A stretch of DNA of 64,000 nucleotides, taken from assembly GCA_965243395.1 (NCBI GenBank), contig CBDEUS010000002.1, positions 1,056,001-1,120,000 on the forward strand, given 5' to 3'. This document shows, piece by piece, positions 31,182 through 42,177 of the stretch. The translations under genes and the position numbers were made by a program. Below the pieces are notes generated by a model. It was not told where the DNA came from. It was given only the letters and a program-made list of their open reading frames with translations, and did no database searches. The DNA is from Gammaproteobacteria bacterium (lineage in GTDB: Bacteria > Pseudomonadota > Gammaproteobacteria > UBA4575). Position 1 is the first letter of the stretch. Each line of letters starts with the position of its first letter.

Positions 31182-31966
31182 CTATTTTTGTTAAGCGCTT
31201 GTAAGATTAAGCGAAATAGTTTCGCATTTGCTGCAACTATATTTCCCGATTCTAAATGTGTGTGTCCTCCGTATGTGTCTCCTACTAATCCTCCGGCTTC
31301 CTGAACAATTAAGCAGCCTGCAGCAATATCCCAAGTATTGATGCCATATTCCCAAAATCCATCCACTCTTCCTGCTGCAACATAAGCAAGGTCAAGTGCG
31401 GCAGAACCTGCTCTGCGAATTCCTGAAGTTTGTAGCATTAATTCTTTAAGAGATGCTAAATAATGATCAATGTTTTGGTTTTCGCGAAATGGAAATCCGG
31501 TTGCAAGCAATGCTCCTTCAAAGCTTGTGAGACTGGATACTCTAATTTTGCGGTCATTCAATGTCGCACCATTACCCTGACCTGCACAAAATAATTCGTC
31601 TTTGAAAGGATCATAAATTACTGCAACTTCAAGACGATTTTTATGTTTAAGTGCAATCGAAACCGAGTAATGTGGAAAGCCTCGCAAGAAATTAGTAGTT
31701 CCATCTAGTGGATCGATGATCCACTGGTATTCATCTTGATTACCGCTATTACTATCTCCACTTTCTTCGGCAAGAATCCCATGTTGTGGATATGCGCGAT
31801 GTATAATATTAATAATTTCCTGTTCTGCTTTAAGGTCCACTTCACTCACAAAGTCATTTTTTTCTTTAGTCTGAATAGATAAGGAATGCACACGAGACAT
31901 ATTACGAAAAATAATTTTTCCAGCTTCACGTGCGGCTTCAATTGCAATATTTAAAGTTGGTTGCAT
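31178..31966 (-). CDS. suhB: Inositol monophosphatase family, SuhB
   Basis: WIIDPLDGTTNF, GSAALDL, WDIAAG; divergent from trmJ. Confidence 0.93.
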   Translation of the reverse strand: MQPTLNIAIEAAREAGKIIFRNMSRVHSLSIQTKEKNDFVSEVDLKAEQEIINIIHRAYPQHGILAEESGDSNSGNQDEYQWIIDPLDGTTNFLRGFPHYSVSIALKHKNRLEVAVIYDPFKDELFCAGQGNGATLNDRKIRVSSLTSFEGALLATGFPFRENQNIDHYLASLKELMLQTSGIRRAGSAALDLAYVAAGRVDGFWEYGINTWDIAAGCLIVQEAGGLVGDTYGGHTHLESGNIVAANAKLFRLILQALNKNS

Positions 31967-32063
31967 GCAGAAAATTTAATTTTATGAAATGATCCATCAG
32001 CATAGCATTGAGCTGTAAATAGCGTATACACTCCTTATTTAATAATTTTGAACTCCATAACTT

Positions 32064-32813
32064 GTGAGCACATCGTATAAAATTAATATCGTTTTGGTGG
32101 AGCCATCGCATCCAGGCAATATCGGTGCTGCTGCACGTGCAGCAAAAACTATGTGCATTGAAAATTTGGTGTTGGTGAATCCAGCGGAATTTCCAAGTGG
32201 GCAAGCAAGGGCTCGTGCCACAGGCGCTTTAGATGTGCTCGAGCGGGCTATTGTTTGTGAGACATTGAACGAAGCAATAGCAAATTGCACATTTGTGGTA
32301 GGAGCAAGTGCGAGATCACGCGGTTTACAATGTCCGGATATCACTCCCGATGCCTTGGGCGAAAAAGTCTGGCTAGAAGTCGAACAAGGAAACGTTGCAA
32401 TTGTGTTCGGGAGAGAAAGTAGCGGTTTATCTAATGAAGAATTAGATCAATGTCACTATCTAACAACGATTCCAGCAAATTGGGAATTCAGTTCATTGAA
32501 TATTGCTTCTGCAGTTCAAGTCATTTGTTATGAGATTCATAAAGCGTATCTAAATAAAATGAGTAATAATTCTGTACTTGAGCCCACATCAGATACGGAT
32601 AGATTGGCGACTACTAAAGAAGTGGAAAATTTGCTCGAACATATGCAACAAGTACTGTACGAAATTGAGTTTTTTGATCCCAAGCAACCCAAGTTATTAA
32701 TGCGCCGCTTACGTCAACTCTATAGCCGTGCGCGTTTATCTCAGGTCGAGACCAATATCCTCAGAGGTATCCTGAGTGCAACACAAAAGTACCAACGCAA
32801 TTCAAACAAATAA
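32064..32813 (+). CDS. trmJ: tRNA C32/U32 2'-O-methyltransferase
   Basis: HPGNIGAAARA, FGRESSGL, SSLNI. Confidence 0.93.
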   Translation: MSTSYKINIVLVEPSHPGNIGAAARAAKTMCIENLVLVNPAEFPSGQARARATGALDVLERAIVCETLNEAIANCTFVVGASARSRGLQCPDITPDALGEKVWLEVEQGNVAIVFGRESSGLSNEELDQCHYLTTIPANWEFSSLNIASAVQVICYEIHKAYLNKMSNNSVLEPTSDTDRLATTKEVENLLEHMQQVLYEIEFFDPKQPKLLMRRLRQLYSRARLSQVETNILRGILSATQKYQRNSNK

Positions 32814-32885
32814 AACCTTAATTAATAAAGGGTTATTGACTCTCTTTCTTAAGAGATAGTGCCGTTAAAGGACCACCTATCTATA

Positions 32886-32946
32886 ATACCTGAGTAATTT
32901 GCTAGGTTATTGGCTATACTCATAACCTAGTATTTAAGCTAACTCT
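32886..32946. promoter_or_regulatory. Two putative type-1 IscR operators
   Basis: 25-mers ATACCTGAGTAATTTGCTAGGTTAT and ATAACCTAGTATTTAAGCTAACTCT directly upstream of iscR; CTAGGTTAT/ATAACCTAG form an inverted pair. Confidence 0.6.
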
Positions 32947-32963
32947 GATTAAGGTGGAATAGC

Positions 32964-33422
32964 ATGAAACTGAGCACTAAAGGACGATATGCAGTAACTG
33001 CAATGTTTGATATTGCGCTACATCACCAAGCTGGTCCAGTGTCCTTATCAGATATAGCTGATCGACAAGGAATTTCATTGTCGTATTTAGAGCAACTGTT
33101 TACTCGATTACGCAAACAAGGTTTGGTTAAAAGTACTCGTGGTCCGGGTGGTGGTTACTCACTTGCAGTTGATTCTGAGCAAATTGCAATATCGGATGTG
33201 ATTGATGCAGTAAATGAAAATGTTGATGCAACACGATGCGGTGGTAAAGCCGATTGTCAAAATCATCAACGATGCTTAACACATGACTTATGGGAAAACT
33301 TGAGTGATGAGATTAGAAATTATCTTTCCAACATTAGTCTCGCACAGGCCGTGAGTGATTTAAATGTTCGTAAAGTAGCGAATCGGCAAGATCATCAAGT
33401 GTATCCCGTAGAATTCAATTAG
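32964..33422 (+). CDS. iscR: Fe-S cluster regulator (Rrf2 family)
   Basis: KGRYAV, SYLEQLF, RGPGGGY, C-x5-C-x5-C and THDLW. Confidence 0.96.
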   Translation: MKLSTKGRYAVTAMFDIALHHQAGPVSLSDIADRQGISLSYLEQLFTRLRKQGLVKSTRGPGGGYSLAVDSEQIAISDVIDAVNENVDATRCGGKADCQNHQRCLTHDLWENLSDEIRNYLSNISLAQAVSDLNVRKVANRQDHQVYPVEFN

Positions 33423-33462
33423 GTCGAGTTTAGTAAAGAGAATTATTAAAGGTAAAGTAAAA

Positions 33463-34686
33463 GTGAAAGAATTAAAAGTACCCATCTATTTAGATTACAG
33501 TGCTACCACACCAGTCGATGAGCGTGTGGCGCAAGCCATGATGGAGTGTTTAACTAAAGAAGGTAATTACGGTAACCCAGCATCGCGCAGTCATAGCTTT
33601 GGCTGGAATGCAGATAAAGCGGTAGAAGATGCACGCGCGAATGTTGCTGCATTGATCAACGCTAATCCTAAAGAAATTATTTGGACCAGCGGTGCTACTG
33701 AATCAAATAATTTAGCTATCAAAGGTGCTGCTCACTTTTATCAAAAAAATGGTAAACACCTTATAACCTGTAAAACGGAACATAAGGCAGTTTTAGATAC
33801 TTGTCGTCAACTTGAGCGCGAAGGATTTGAAGTTACTTATTTAGAGCCGCGTGATAATGGTTTAGTTGATTTAGAGGATTTAAAAGCTGCGATTCGTGAG
33901 GACACTGTCTTGATTTCAATTATGCATGTTAATAATGAAATCGGAGTGATCCAGGACATTAAAGGAATTGGTGAAATTACACGTGAACGTAAAATCATTT
34001 TTCATGTGGATGCTGCACAAAGCCCAGGTAAAGTACCCGTTGATGTAGAAGATATGAATGTAGACTTAATGAGTTTATCTGCGCATAAAGTATATGGCCC
34101 TAAAGGTATTGGCGCTTTATATGTGCGTAGAAAACCACGCGTACGTATTGAGGCACAAATACATGGTGGCGGCCATGAACGTGGAATGCGTTCTGGTACA
34201 TTACCGACACATCAAATTGTAGGTATGGGAGAAGCATTTCGTATCGCTAAAGAAGAAATGGCTGCTGACAACGAACGTATTTTGATGTTGCGCAACAGGT
34301 TGCTAAATGGTCTTAAAGACATTGAGGAAATTTATATCAATGGCGATTTAGAGCAACGTATACCGGGTAATTTAAATGTAAGTTTTAACTATGTTGAAGG
34401 TGAAAGCTTAATCATGGCACTAAAAGATATTGCGGTGTCATCAGGTTCAGCATGCACTAGTGCGTCACTTGAGCCTAGTTATGTGTTACGTGCTTTAGGT
34501 AGAGATGATGAGCTCGCACATAGTTCGATACGTTTTACAATCGGCCGCTTTACCACAGTTGAAGAAGTAGACTATGCAATTGAGTTGATTAGAAGCGCGG
34601 TTGTTAAATTGCGCGACCTTTCACCTTTGTGGGATATGTATAAAGAAGGCATCGATCTTAAATCGATCGAATGGGCCGCACATTAA
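33463..34686 (+). CDS. iscS: Cysteine desulfurase
   Basis: [21 protein letters not shown]. Confidence 0.98.
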   Translation: MKELKVPIYLDYSATTPVDERVAQAMMECLTKEGNYGNPASRSHSFGWNADKAVEDARANVAALINANPKEIIWTSGATESNNLAIKGAAHFYQKNGKHLITCKTEHKAVLDTCRQLEREGFEVTYLEPRDNGLVDLEDLKAAIREDTVLISIMHVNNEIGVIQDIKGIGEITRERKIIFHVDAAQSPGKVPVDVEDMNVDLMSLSAHKVYGPKGIGALYVRRKPRVRIEAQIHGGGHERGMRSGTLPTHQIVGMGEAFRIAKEEMAADNERILMLRNRLLNGLKDIEEIYINGDLEQRIPGNLNVSFNYVEGESLIMALKDIAVSSGSACTSASLEPSYVLRALGRDDELAHSSIRFTIGRFTTVEEVDYAIELIRSAVVKLRDLSPLWDMYKEGIDLKSIEWAAH

Positions 34687-34719
34687 GAAATTATTATTTG
34701 GAAATAGGAGACGATAACC

Positions 34720-35124
34720 ATGGCATACAGTGACAAAGTATTAGATCACTACGAAAATCCACGCAACGTAGGGTCATTTGAGAAAGATGATCCAAGTGTT
34801 GGTACCGGTATGGTAGGTGCCCCTGCTTGTGGTGATGTAATGAAATTACAAATCAAAGTCGATAATGATGGTGTTATTGAAGACGCTAAATTTAAAACCT
34901 ATGGTTGTGGTTCGGCGATTGCTTCATCTAGCCTGCTTACCGAATGGGTAAAAGGCAAAACCCTAGAACAAGCGAGTGAAATTAAAAATACAGATATCGC
35001 AGAAGAGCTTGCGTTACCCCCTGTTAAAATTCACTGTTCAGTTTTAGCTGAAGACGCCATTAAAGCTGCAATTACAGACCTGAAATCAAAAGCAGAAGGC
35101 GAAGATCAAAAGAAAATTGCGTAA
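34720..35124 (+). CDS. iscU: Fe-S scaffold protein
   Basis: [19 protein letters not shown]. Confidence 0.99.
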   Translation: MAYSDKVLDHYENPRNVGSFEKDDPSVGTGMVGAPACGDVMKLQIKVDNDGVIEDAKFKTYGCGSAIASSSLLTEWVKGKTLEQASEIKNTDIAEELALPPVKIHCSVLAEDAIKAAITDLKSKAEGEDQKKIA

Positions 35125-35135
35125 GAATTAAAGAC

Positions 35136-35459
35136 ATGTCTATTTCCCTAACAGATAATGCTGCAACGCATGTTAAAAGTTATCTTGAAAAAAGAGGTAA
35201 AGGTGTGGGTGTGCGTTTGGGTGTTAAAACTACTGGTTGTTCGGGTATGGCATATACAATCGAGTTTGCTGACCAAGTTGAGAATGAAGACCAGGTTTTT
35301 GAAGATAAGGGTGTAAAGGTTATCGTCGACCCTAAAAGCATGGTCTATCTAAGTGGCACTGAATTAGATTTTACGCGTGAAGGGTTAAATGAAGGTTTTA
35401 AATTTAGTAACCCAAATGAGAAGGATAGGTGTGGGTGTGGAGAAAGCTTCTCTGTCTAA
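35136..35459 (+). CDS. iscA: Fe-S carrier protein
   Basis: TTGCSG, CGCGESF. Confidence 0.97.
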   Translation: MSISLTDNAATHVKSYLEKRGKGVGVRLGVKTTGCSGMAYTIEFADQVENEDQVFEDKGVKVIVDPKSMVYLSGTELDFTREGLNEGFKFSNPNEKDRCGCGESFSV

Positions 35460-35585
35460 AAATATGTCTTTTTACACGATATTTCGTTACTACTTTTCTC
35501 TGCGTTGCTCATTTACGAGTTTGTAAACTCCGCTACTCGAGAAAAGCGCGCCTCATCTCGAGAAAAAATCCATTATTTTTAGATA
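35453..35585. repeat. About 133-bp imperfect palindromic element (MITE/REPIN-like)
   Basis: Nested inverted repeats TCTAAAAATA/TATTTTTAGA, CTTTTCTC/GAGAAAAG, TTTAC/GTAAA. Confidence 0.65.
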
Positions 35586-35607
35586 TCTCTTTTAAGTTAA
35601 TAAGATA

Positions 35608-36150
35608 ATGAATATTGATTTAACTCGAAATTATTTCGAGCTGTTTGGCTTTGCGGAGAGTTATGCAATTGACCAAGAACAGTTAGCTGAGAAATATCGC
35701 ATTTATCAAGCTGAGTTACATCCCGATCGTTTTGCAAATGCGAGTGAGCAAGAAAGACGAATATCGGTGCAAACCACCGCATTCGTAAATGAAGCATATG
35801 CAACACTTAAGAGTGACTTAAAACGCGCACATTATTTATTACGTCTAAGTAACATCGATTTTAATGCCGATACTGAAACATCGAGTGATGCGGAATTTTT
35901 AATGCAGACTATGGAATTACATGAGCAAGTAGAGAAGGCAAGTCAAGCAGAGCAGCCATTGCAGTCCCTGCAAGATTTGTCATTACAACTAAAACAAAAT
36001 CAACAAGATCTAATTAATCAATTTGAGACGCAATTTAATGCAGACGATCTAATTAATGCAAAAGATACAGCTCTTAAATTGCAATTTTATGAGCGTTTAA
36101 CCAATCAAGTACGTAAGCAGCAAGAGAAACTAGAAGACGAATTATTATAA
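35608..36150 (+). CDS. hscB: Fe-S co-chaperone HscB
   Basis: NYFELF, J-domain HPD, in the isc operon. Confidence 0.95.
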   Translation: MNIDLTRNYFELFGFAESYAIDQEQLAEKYRIYQAELHPDRFANASEQERRISVQTTAFVNEAYATLKSDLKRAHYLLRLSNIDFNADTETSSDAEFLMQTMELHEQVEKASQAEQPLQSLQDLSLQLKQNQQDLINQFETQFNADDLINAKDTALKLQFYERLTNQVRKQQEKLEDELL

Positions 36151-36160
36151 GAATGTACTA

Positions 36161-38032
36161 ATGGCTTTATTGCAAATTTCAGAACCCGGCCAGTCAACCC
36201 CTCCACATGAACATAAGCTTGCGGCTGGTATAGATTTGGGTACAACCAATTCCTTGGTGGCTACCGTACGCAGTGGTGTTGCCGATACATTGGCGGATAA
36301 AAATGGGGAGCATATTTTACCTTCCGTAGTACATTTTGCCGAAAAAGATGAAATTTTGGTTGGTACTCAAGCTTTAGCTTATGCAACGACAGACCCACTG
36401 AATACATTAGCTTCAGTTAAACGCATTATGGGTCGATCAGTAAATGATTTAGCGACCCTTGAAGGCTATTTGCCTTATAAATTCATCGATAATGAAAGTC
36501 ATGTTCCTCGTATTGAAACGGCTGCAGGAGCCTTAACAGCGGTTGAGGTTTCTGCCGAAATTCTCAAATCTTTGCGAGAACGTGCCGAAGCGAGCCTGGG
36601 CGGTGAGCTAATAGGCGTGGTTATTACCGTACCTGCCTACTTTGACGATGCCCAGCGCCAAGCCACTAAAGATGCAGCTACTTTAGCTGGTATAAATGTC
36701 TTTCGTTTGCTAAATGAGCCGACAGCCGCAGCAGTAGCGTATGGATTAGATCAACAAGCGGAAGGAATCACTGCAATTTATGATTTAGGCGGCGGTACAT
36801 TTGATATTTCTATATTAAGACTGACTAAAGGTGTATTCGAAGTATTGTCTACGGGTGGTGATACTGCCTTGGGCGGAGATGATTTTGATCGAGAAATTGC
36901 CAGTTGGATACTCAATCAAGCAAGGCTTAAAGCTACAAATGATCACCAAATGATGCGACGTATTATGAAAGAAGCACGTCGTGCTAAAGAAGCGTTAACT
37001 GCTGCTGAATCTGTTGAGATTAATGTGAAGCTGGATGGCGACAGGCATTTTGAAACTACACTCGACCGTCATCAGTTTGAGCAATTAATAGAAGCGCATA
37101 TAAATAAGACGATTACGTGGTGTCGTAAAACAATTCGTGATGCAGGAGTTGAAGTAAGCGAAGTACAAAATATTGTCATGGTAGGTGGATCAACACGCAC
37201 ACCTTATGTACGTGAAAAAGTTGCAGAATTTTTTGGCAAACAACCACTAACGAATATTGATCCAGATAAAGTAGTAGCAATAGGTGCAGCACTGCAAGCG
37301 GATAAGTTGGCAGGTAATAATCCTGAAGAAGAAATGTTGTTACTGGATGTTTTGCCATTGTCTTTAGGTATTGAAACCATGGGTGAGTTGGTTGAGAAAA
37401 TCGTTGACCGTAATACTGTAATTCCCGTGACGAGAGCGCAAAAATTCACAACTTTTAAAGACGGGCAAACTGCAATGCGCATACATGTATTGCAAGGTGA
37501 GCGCGAAAAAGTAGCGGATTGTCGATCCTTAGCAACATTTGATTTAACAGGTATACCGGCTATGGTTGCAGGTGCGGCACACATCTTGGTGACATTTCAG
37601 GTTGATGCGGATGGATTATTAAGTGTCAGTGCCGAAGAGCAAAATAGTGGTGTTCGTGCCAGTGTAGAAGTAAAACCATCCTATGGTCTTAGTGATAGCG
37701 AAATTGAAACAATGCTGAAAGCTTCTTTTGAGTATGCAGAAGAAGATGTGCAGACAAGGGCGCTTATAGAGCAGCAAGTGGAAGCAGATCGAGTGCTTGA
37801 AGCGTTGCGTTCTGCATTAGCAAAAGATGGATCTCTATTAACAAAAAAGGAGGCCGCTAAAATAGAACAAGCAAAAAGTATTTTATTAAGTGCCCGCCAA
37901 GGTGGAGATGGAGAAATAATTAAGCAAGCAATTAAGAATCTGGAAAATGAAAGCGAAGAATTTATTGCTCGACGTATGAACCGTAGCGTGCAACAAGTAA
38001 TGAAAGGTCACAAAGTAGAAGAGTTTGAGTAA
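36161..38032 (+). CDS. hscA: Fe-S chaperone HscA (Hsp70 family)
   Basis: [27 protein letters not shown]. Confidence 0.97.
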   Translation: MALLQISEPGQSTPPHEHKLAAGIDLGTTNSLVATVRSGVADTLADKNGEHILPSVVHFAEKDEILVGTQALAYATTDPLNTLASVKRIMGRSVNDLATLEGYLPYKFIDNESHVPRIETAAGALTAVEVSAEILKSLRERAEASLGGELIGVVITVPAYFDDAQRQATKDAATLAGINVFRLLNEPTAAAVAYGLDQQAEGITAIYDLGGGTFDISILRLTKGVFEVLSTGGDTALGGDDFDREIASWILNQARLKATNDHQMMRRIMKEARRAKEALTAAESVEINVKLDGDRHFETTLDRHQFEQLIEAHINKTITWCRKTIRDAGVEVSEVQNIVMVGGSTRTPYVREKVAEFFGKQPLTNIDPDKVVAIGAALQADKLAGNNPEEEMLLLDVLPLSLGIETMGELVEKIVDRNTVIPVTRAQKFTTFKDGQTAMRIHVLQGEREKVADCRSLATFDLTGIPAMVAGAAHILVTFQVDADGLLSVSAEEQNSGVRASVEVKPSYGLSDSEIETMLKASFEYAEEDVQTRALIEQQVEADRVLEALRSALAKDGSLLTKKEAAKIEQAKSILLSARQGGDGEIIKQAIKNLENESEEFIARRMNRSVQQVMKGHKVEEFE

Positions 38033-38098
38033 CAAGTTTTTAATTAAAGCGTCTAACATTAGGATCAAACGTTAGGCCCATACATTAGGAAATAAACC

Positions 38099-38437
38099 GT
38101 GCCAAAAATTACATTTAAACCTCATGAAGAAATTTGCCCAGAAGGTAAAGTGATTGAGGTTGAACCTGGAGTTAGCATATGCGATGCAGCTTTGAGTAAT
38201 GATATCGAAATCGAACATGCTTGCGAGAAATCTTGTGCTTGTACGACATGCCATGTGTATGTTCGTGAAGGGCTGGATTCTTTGCCAGAAGCAGAAGAAA
38301 ATGAGGAAGATTATCTGGACAAAGCTTGGGGATTAGAGCCTGATTCACGCTTGAGCTGCCAAGCTATTGTGGGTTCAGAAGATCTGGTGATCGAGATTCC
38401 GAAATATACTATTAATATGGTTTCCGAAAATCACTAA
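38099..38437 (+). CDS. fdx: ISC [2Fe-2S] ferredoxin
   Basis: HACEKSCACTTCH, SRLSCQ. Confidence 0.97.
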   Translation: MPKITFKPHEEICPEGKVIEVEPGVSICDAALSNDIEIEHACEKSCACTTCHVYVREGLDSLPEAEENEEDYLDKAWGLEPDSRLSCQAIVGSEDLVIEIPKYTINMVSENH

Positions 38438-38466
38438 TAACATCATTCAAAATTTGAGGTATATAA

Positions 38467-38667
38467 ATGCAACTAAAATGGACTGATTCATTAGAAATTG
38501 CCATTGCTTTGGATGAAGCGCATCCTGAGGTAGACCCACAATATGTGAGATTCACTGATTTACATGCTTGGATATGTGCTTTGGAGGAGTTCGAGGATGA
38601 CCCCGAATCATCCAATGAAAAAATCCTCGAAGCGATACAAATGGCCTGGCTTGATGAGCGTGATTAG
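38467..38667 (+). CDS. iscX: Fe-S assembly protein IscX
   Basis: LKWTDS...VRFTDL...NEKILEAI. Confidence 0.96.
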   Translation: MQLKWTDSLEIAIALDEAHPEVDPQYVRFTDLHAWICALEEFEDDPESSNEKILEAIQMAWLDERD

Positions 38668-38857
38668 AGGGCTAGATATTATCCTCAGATAGTCGGCATT
38701 TTTGTCGTTCTTTGCGATCCCGCAAAACATTGCTTCCTGCTGCTCGCTGGGAGTAGAATTCACTGAAAAATCAAGGAAAGTTACGGATAATCAATCTGTA
38801 ATAATTACTAATTAGATTTCATATTAAATATAATATTAACTTAGGAACACAAATTTT

Positions 38858-39316
38858 ATGGCAATGGAACGCACTTTATCCATCATCAAACCTGATGCGG
38901 TATTGAAAAATGTAGTAGGAGATATTCAATCGAGAATAGAAAGTGCAGGGCTTTCTATTATTGCGGTAAAAATGACTCGCTTGAGTAAAAAACAAGCTAG
39001 CTCATTTTACGAAATACATAAGGGAAAAGAATTTTACGAATATCTAATTAAGTTTATGACTTGTGGCCCAGTAATTGTACAAGTGCTTGAAGGTGAAAAT
39101 GCTATTAAGAATTATCGCAAAGTAATGGGTACAACCATGTTTGGAACTGCAGAAAAGGGAACCATTAGAGAAAAGTACGCAACTTCAAATGCACATAACG
39201 CAGTGCATGGGTCAGATTCTCCTGAAAACGCAATGCGTGAAATCGGATTCTTTTTTCCTGAAAGACAAATTTATCCAAAAGAAAATTATAAATTAACTGT
39301 AGATCCGAAAGCATGA
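38858..39316 (+). CDS. ndk: Nucleoside diphosphate kinase (divergent Kpn loop)
   Basis: [23 protein letters not shown]. Confidence 0.95.
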   Translation: MAMERTLSIIKPDAVLKNVVGDIQSRIESAGLSIIAVKMTRLSKKQASSFYEIHKGKEFYEYLIKFMTCGPVIVQVLEGENAIKNYRKVMGTTMFGTAEKGTIREKYATSNAHNAVHGSDSPENAMREIGFFFPERQIYPKENYKLTVDPKA

Positions 39317-40464
39317 GTAATATTCAGCAGAAATTAATAAACAAAAACTTGATGGGTATGCCACATCAAGATCTTGAAGAATTTTTTTCTGTTATTGATG
39401 AAAAATCATTTCGTGCCACGCAACTAATGAAGTGGACACATCAGCAGGGTATTACGGATTACAAACAAATGACTAATCTCAGTAAATCATTAAGAGATTG
39501 GTTGGGTGAAAATGCCATTATGCAAATGCCTGAAATGGTCAATGAAGAAATTTCTATTGATGGCACGCGCAAATGGTTACTACGAGTAGATGATAAAAAT
39601 GCTGTAGAAACTGTATATATACCTGAAGATGATCGAGCTACTTTATGCGTTTCTTCACAGGCTGGATGCGTATTGGACTGTACGTTTTGTGCGACGGCCA
39701 GACAGGGGTATGCTGGGAATCTCACTTCAGCACAGATTATTTCCCAACTGTGGTTCGCAGAACATCACTTACGCAAACAGCTAAATAAGCCACGTGTCAT
39801 TAGTAATGTTGTGTTTATGGGGATGGGTGAGCCGCTTGCTAATTTTGATAATGTTATCAAAGCCATTCGCATTATGATGGACGATAATGCATACGGTTTA
39901 GGAAAACGAAAAGTAACCGTTAGTACATCAGGTATAGTTCCTAAGATAGATAAATTACGTGAAGTGATAGATGTAAGCCTAGCGGTATCATTGCATGCAC
40001 CGAATGATGAAATCCGCAATCAGCTTGTTCCATTGAACCGGCATTATCCCATTAACGAGTTGATTGCCGCATGTCATCGTTTTCTGGCTGATAAAAATCG
40101 CAAGCATAGTATAACTTTCGAGTATGTCATGCTTGATCAAGTGAATGATCAGCCTGAGCACGCCAAACAATTAGTAAAGGTGATCCAAGGTTTGTCATCT
40201 AAAGTCAATTTAATTCCGTTTAATACCTTTCCAAATTCAGGTTACAAGTGCTCGGCGGATGAGATGATTGAAAATTTCAGAGAAATATTACAAGCATCGG
40301 GTATTACAACAATTACACGACGACCACGTGGTACAGATATAGCAGCAGCGTGTGGGCAATTGGCGGGAAGTATTAAAGATCAGGTCAAACGCAAGCGTCA
40401 TTATGAAAAGCTCTACGAAGCGGATTTATTGAAGCAAAAAGTTGAGGTTCAATGCGTGTCATGA
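39313..40464 (+). CDS. rlmN: Dual-specificity RNA methyltransferase
   Basis: CVLDCTFC radical SAM motif, MGMGEP, AACGQL. Confidence 0.96.
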   Translation: MSNIQQKLINKNLMGMPHQDLEEFFSVIDEKSFRATQLMKWTHQQGITDYKQMTNLSKSLRDWLGENAIMQMPEMVNEEISIDGTRKWLLRVDDKNAVETVYIPEDDRATLCVSSQAGCVLDCTFCATARQGYAGNLTSAQIISQLWFAEHHLRKQLNKPRVISNVVFMGMGEPLANFDNVIKAIRIMMDDNAYGLGKRKVTVSTSGIVPKIDKLREVIDVSLAVSLHAPNDEIRNQLVPLNRHYPINELIAACHRFLADKNRKHSITFEYVMLDQVNDQPEHAKQLVKVIQGLSSKVNLIPFNTFPNSGYKCSADEMIENFREILQASGITTITRRPRGTDIAAACGQLAGSIKDQVKRKRHYEKLYEADLLKQKVEVQCVS

Positions 40465-41237
40465 TGCAAAAGTTATTTTTAATCATCTTTTATTCTTGCA
40501 TCTTGTCTGCTTGTGCGTCTACTTCACAAAATGATGGACCTTTAGGGCAAAATCAGAAAGCAGCAGCAATCAACGTTCAATTAGGTGTGAACTATATACG
40601 CCAAGGAGAATTAAAACTTGCCGATGAAAAATTGCGTCGCGCTATTCGACAAGATCCTAATTCATCAACTGCACATTGGGTATTTGCACTATTACAGGAA
40701 AGGCTAGGTGAAGATGATGTTGCAGAAAAGCATTTTCGCAAAGCTATTTCCATCAACCCCAAAGATTCAAAAGCGCATAACAATTACGGCACTTTTTTGT
40801 GTAACCAAAATCGTGTACGCGAAGCAGAAAAAGAATTTTTACACGCTGTAGAAAATCCTTTATATGCTGAAGCTTCTTCAGCATATGCGAATGCTGGCTT
40901 ATGTGTACTTAAACTTCCTGACAAGATCAAAGCTGAAGAATACTTTCAAAAGGCATTAGAGCTAAATGCTTCACAACGAACAGCTTTATATCAAATGGCA
41001 TTACTAACATTTGAGCGCGAGGAATATACACAAACTTCTTATTATCTTCAGCGTTATGAAGATGTTGCTAAACATAATTCTAAATCGCTATGGGTAGCTT
41101 TCCAAACTGAAACGAGTTTGGGTAATCCAGGTAAAGCTGAAGATTATGCACACCAGCTAAAAAGGTCATTCCCCGCTTCGCAAGAGGCGAGACTGTTAGC
41201 TGAAACTTATTGGAATGCACAAACGAAGAATCAATAA
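40452..41237 (+). CDS. pilW: Type IV pilus secretin pilotin lipoprotein PilW/PilF
   Basis: Lipobox LSAC, TPRs, NNYGTFLC; follows rlmN. Confidence 0.9.
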   Translation: MRVMMQKLFLIIFYSCILSACASTSQNDGPLGQNQKAAAINVQLGVNYIRQGELKLADEKLRRAIRQDPNSSTAHWVFALLQERLGEDDVAEKHFRKAISINPKDSKAHNNYGTFLCNQNRVREAEKEFLHAVENPLYAEASSAYANAGLCVLKLPDKIKAEEYFQKALELNASQRTALYQMALLTFEREEYTQTSYYLQRYEDVAKHNSKSLWVAFQTETSLGNPGKAEDYAHQLKRSFPASQEARLLAETYWNAQTKNQ

Positions 41238-41238
41238 T

Positions 41239-42153
41239 ATGACACAAGATTCAGTGCAAAAAACAAATGATAAAAGTGTAGTTATTGGCGCTTTATTAGT
41301 GAGTGCGCGCAATGAAGTTGCATTGAGTCAAATCGATGTTGCAGAACAAATAAATTTACCTTTGCGTACTATTCAGGCACTGGAAACTGATGATTTTGAT
41401 AATCTTCCTGAGAATACTTATATATGTGGTTACTTGCGAAACTATGCACGAGTTGTGGGAATAAATCCTGATTTACTAGTCAATACATTTAAAGAGCAAA
41501 ATTATCAAGAACCTGAAATTATTACTCCTACTCGTTCCAAACAAAGTTATGATCCAGCCATACTTTGGAGTACTGCGGCAGTATTTACAATTCTTGTTGG
41601 TTTGGTGATTACTTGGTGGTTTGAATCAGCCCAAAACAATGCTCCTGAAGTCGAACTGGCAAGTGTTGAAGAATCAGTAGTAAATGAATCATCTGAAAAC
41701 ATTCAAAATGAAAAGGCTTCTGTAGCAGAGACTAATGTTGACATGCATGAGCCTAATGCTGTAGCTGAGTCTCCGTCTCCAGGACTTGAAGACCAAGATC
41801 AAATAGCGAGTAATCCCGCTGACATAATCACTACAGACCAGCAACAGGCTATGGAAGATGAGTTACGTAATCCTAATTTAGTCTCTCTCAATGATGGAGC
41901 TCAAATGCTTACAGTCACTTATGTGGAGAAAAGTTGGACTGAAATTAGGGATGCGGATGCAAATACTTTAATGCAAGGTTTGATTGAGCCCGGAGTCGTG
42001 AGAAACTTAAGCGGTAAGCCGCCATTTGAAGTTTTTCTTGGTAACTCCCCAGGTGTGGTAATTGAAGTTAACGGGCATTATTTTGATCATTCACAATATA
42101 ATAGAAGCAATCGCACTGCACGATTCCAGGTTTCGGGTAGCTCACTCAACTAA
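41239..42153 (+). CDS. rodZ: Cytoskeleton protein RodZ
   Basis: HTH with GYLRNYAR, TM, C-terminal SWTEIRDA (DUF4115); start moved to MTQDS. Confidence 0.9.
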   Translation: MTQDSVQKTNDKSVVIGALLVSARNEVALSQIDVAEQINLPLRTIQALETDDFDNLPENTYICGYLRNYARVVGINPDLLVNTFKEQNYQEPEIITPTRSKQSYDPAILWSTAAVFTILVGLVITWWFESAQNNAPEVELASVEESVVNESSENIQNEKASVAETNVDMHEPNAVAESPSPGLEDQDQIASNPADIITTDQQQAMEDELRNPNLVSLNDGAQMLTVTYVEKSWTEIRDADANTLMQGLIEPGVVRNLSGKPPFEVFLGNSPGVVIEVNGHYFDHSQYNRSNRTARFQVSGSSLN

Positions 42154-42177
42154 ATTTCCAACTCAGAGCATTCTTTA

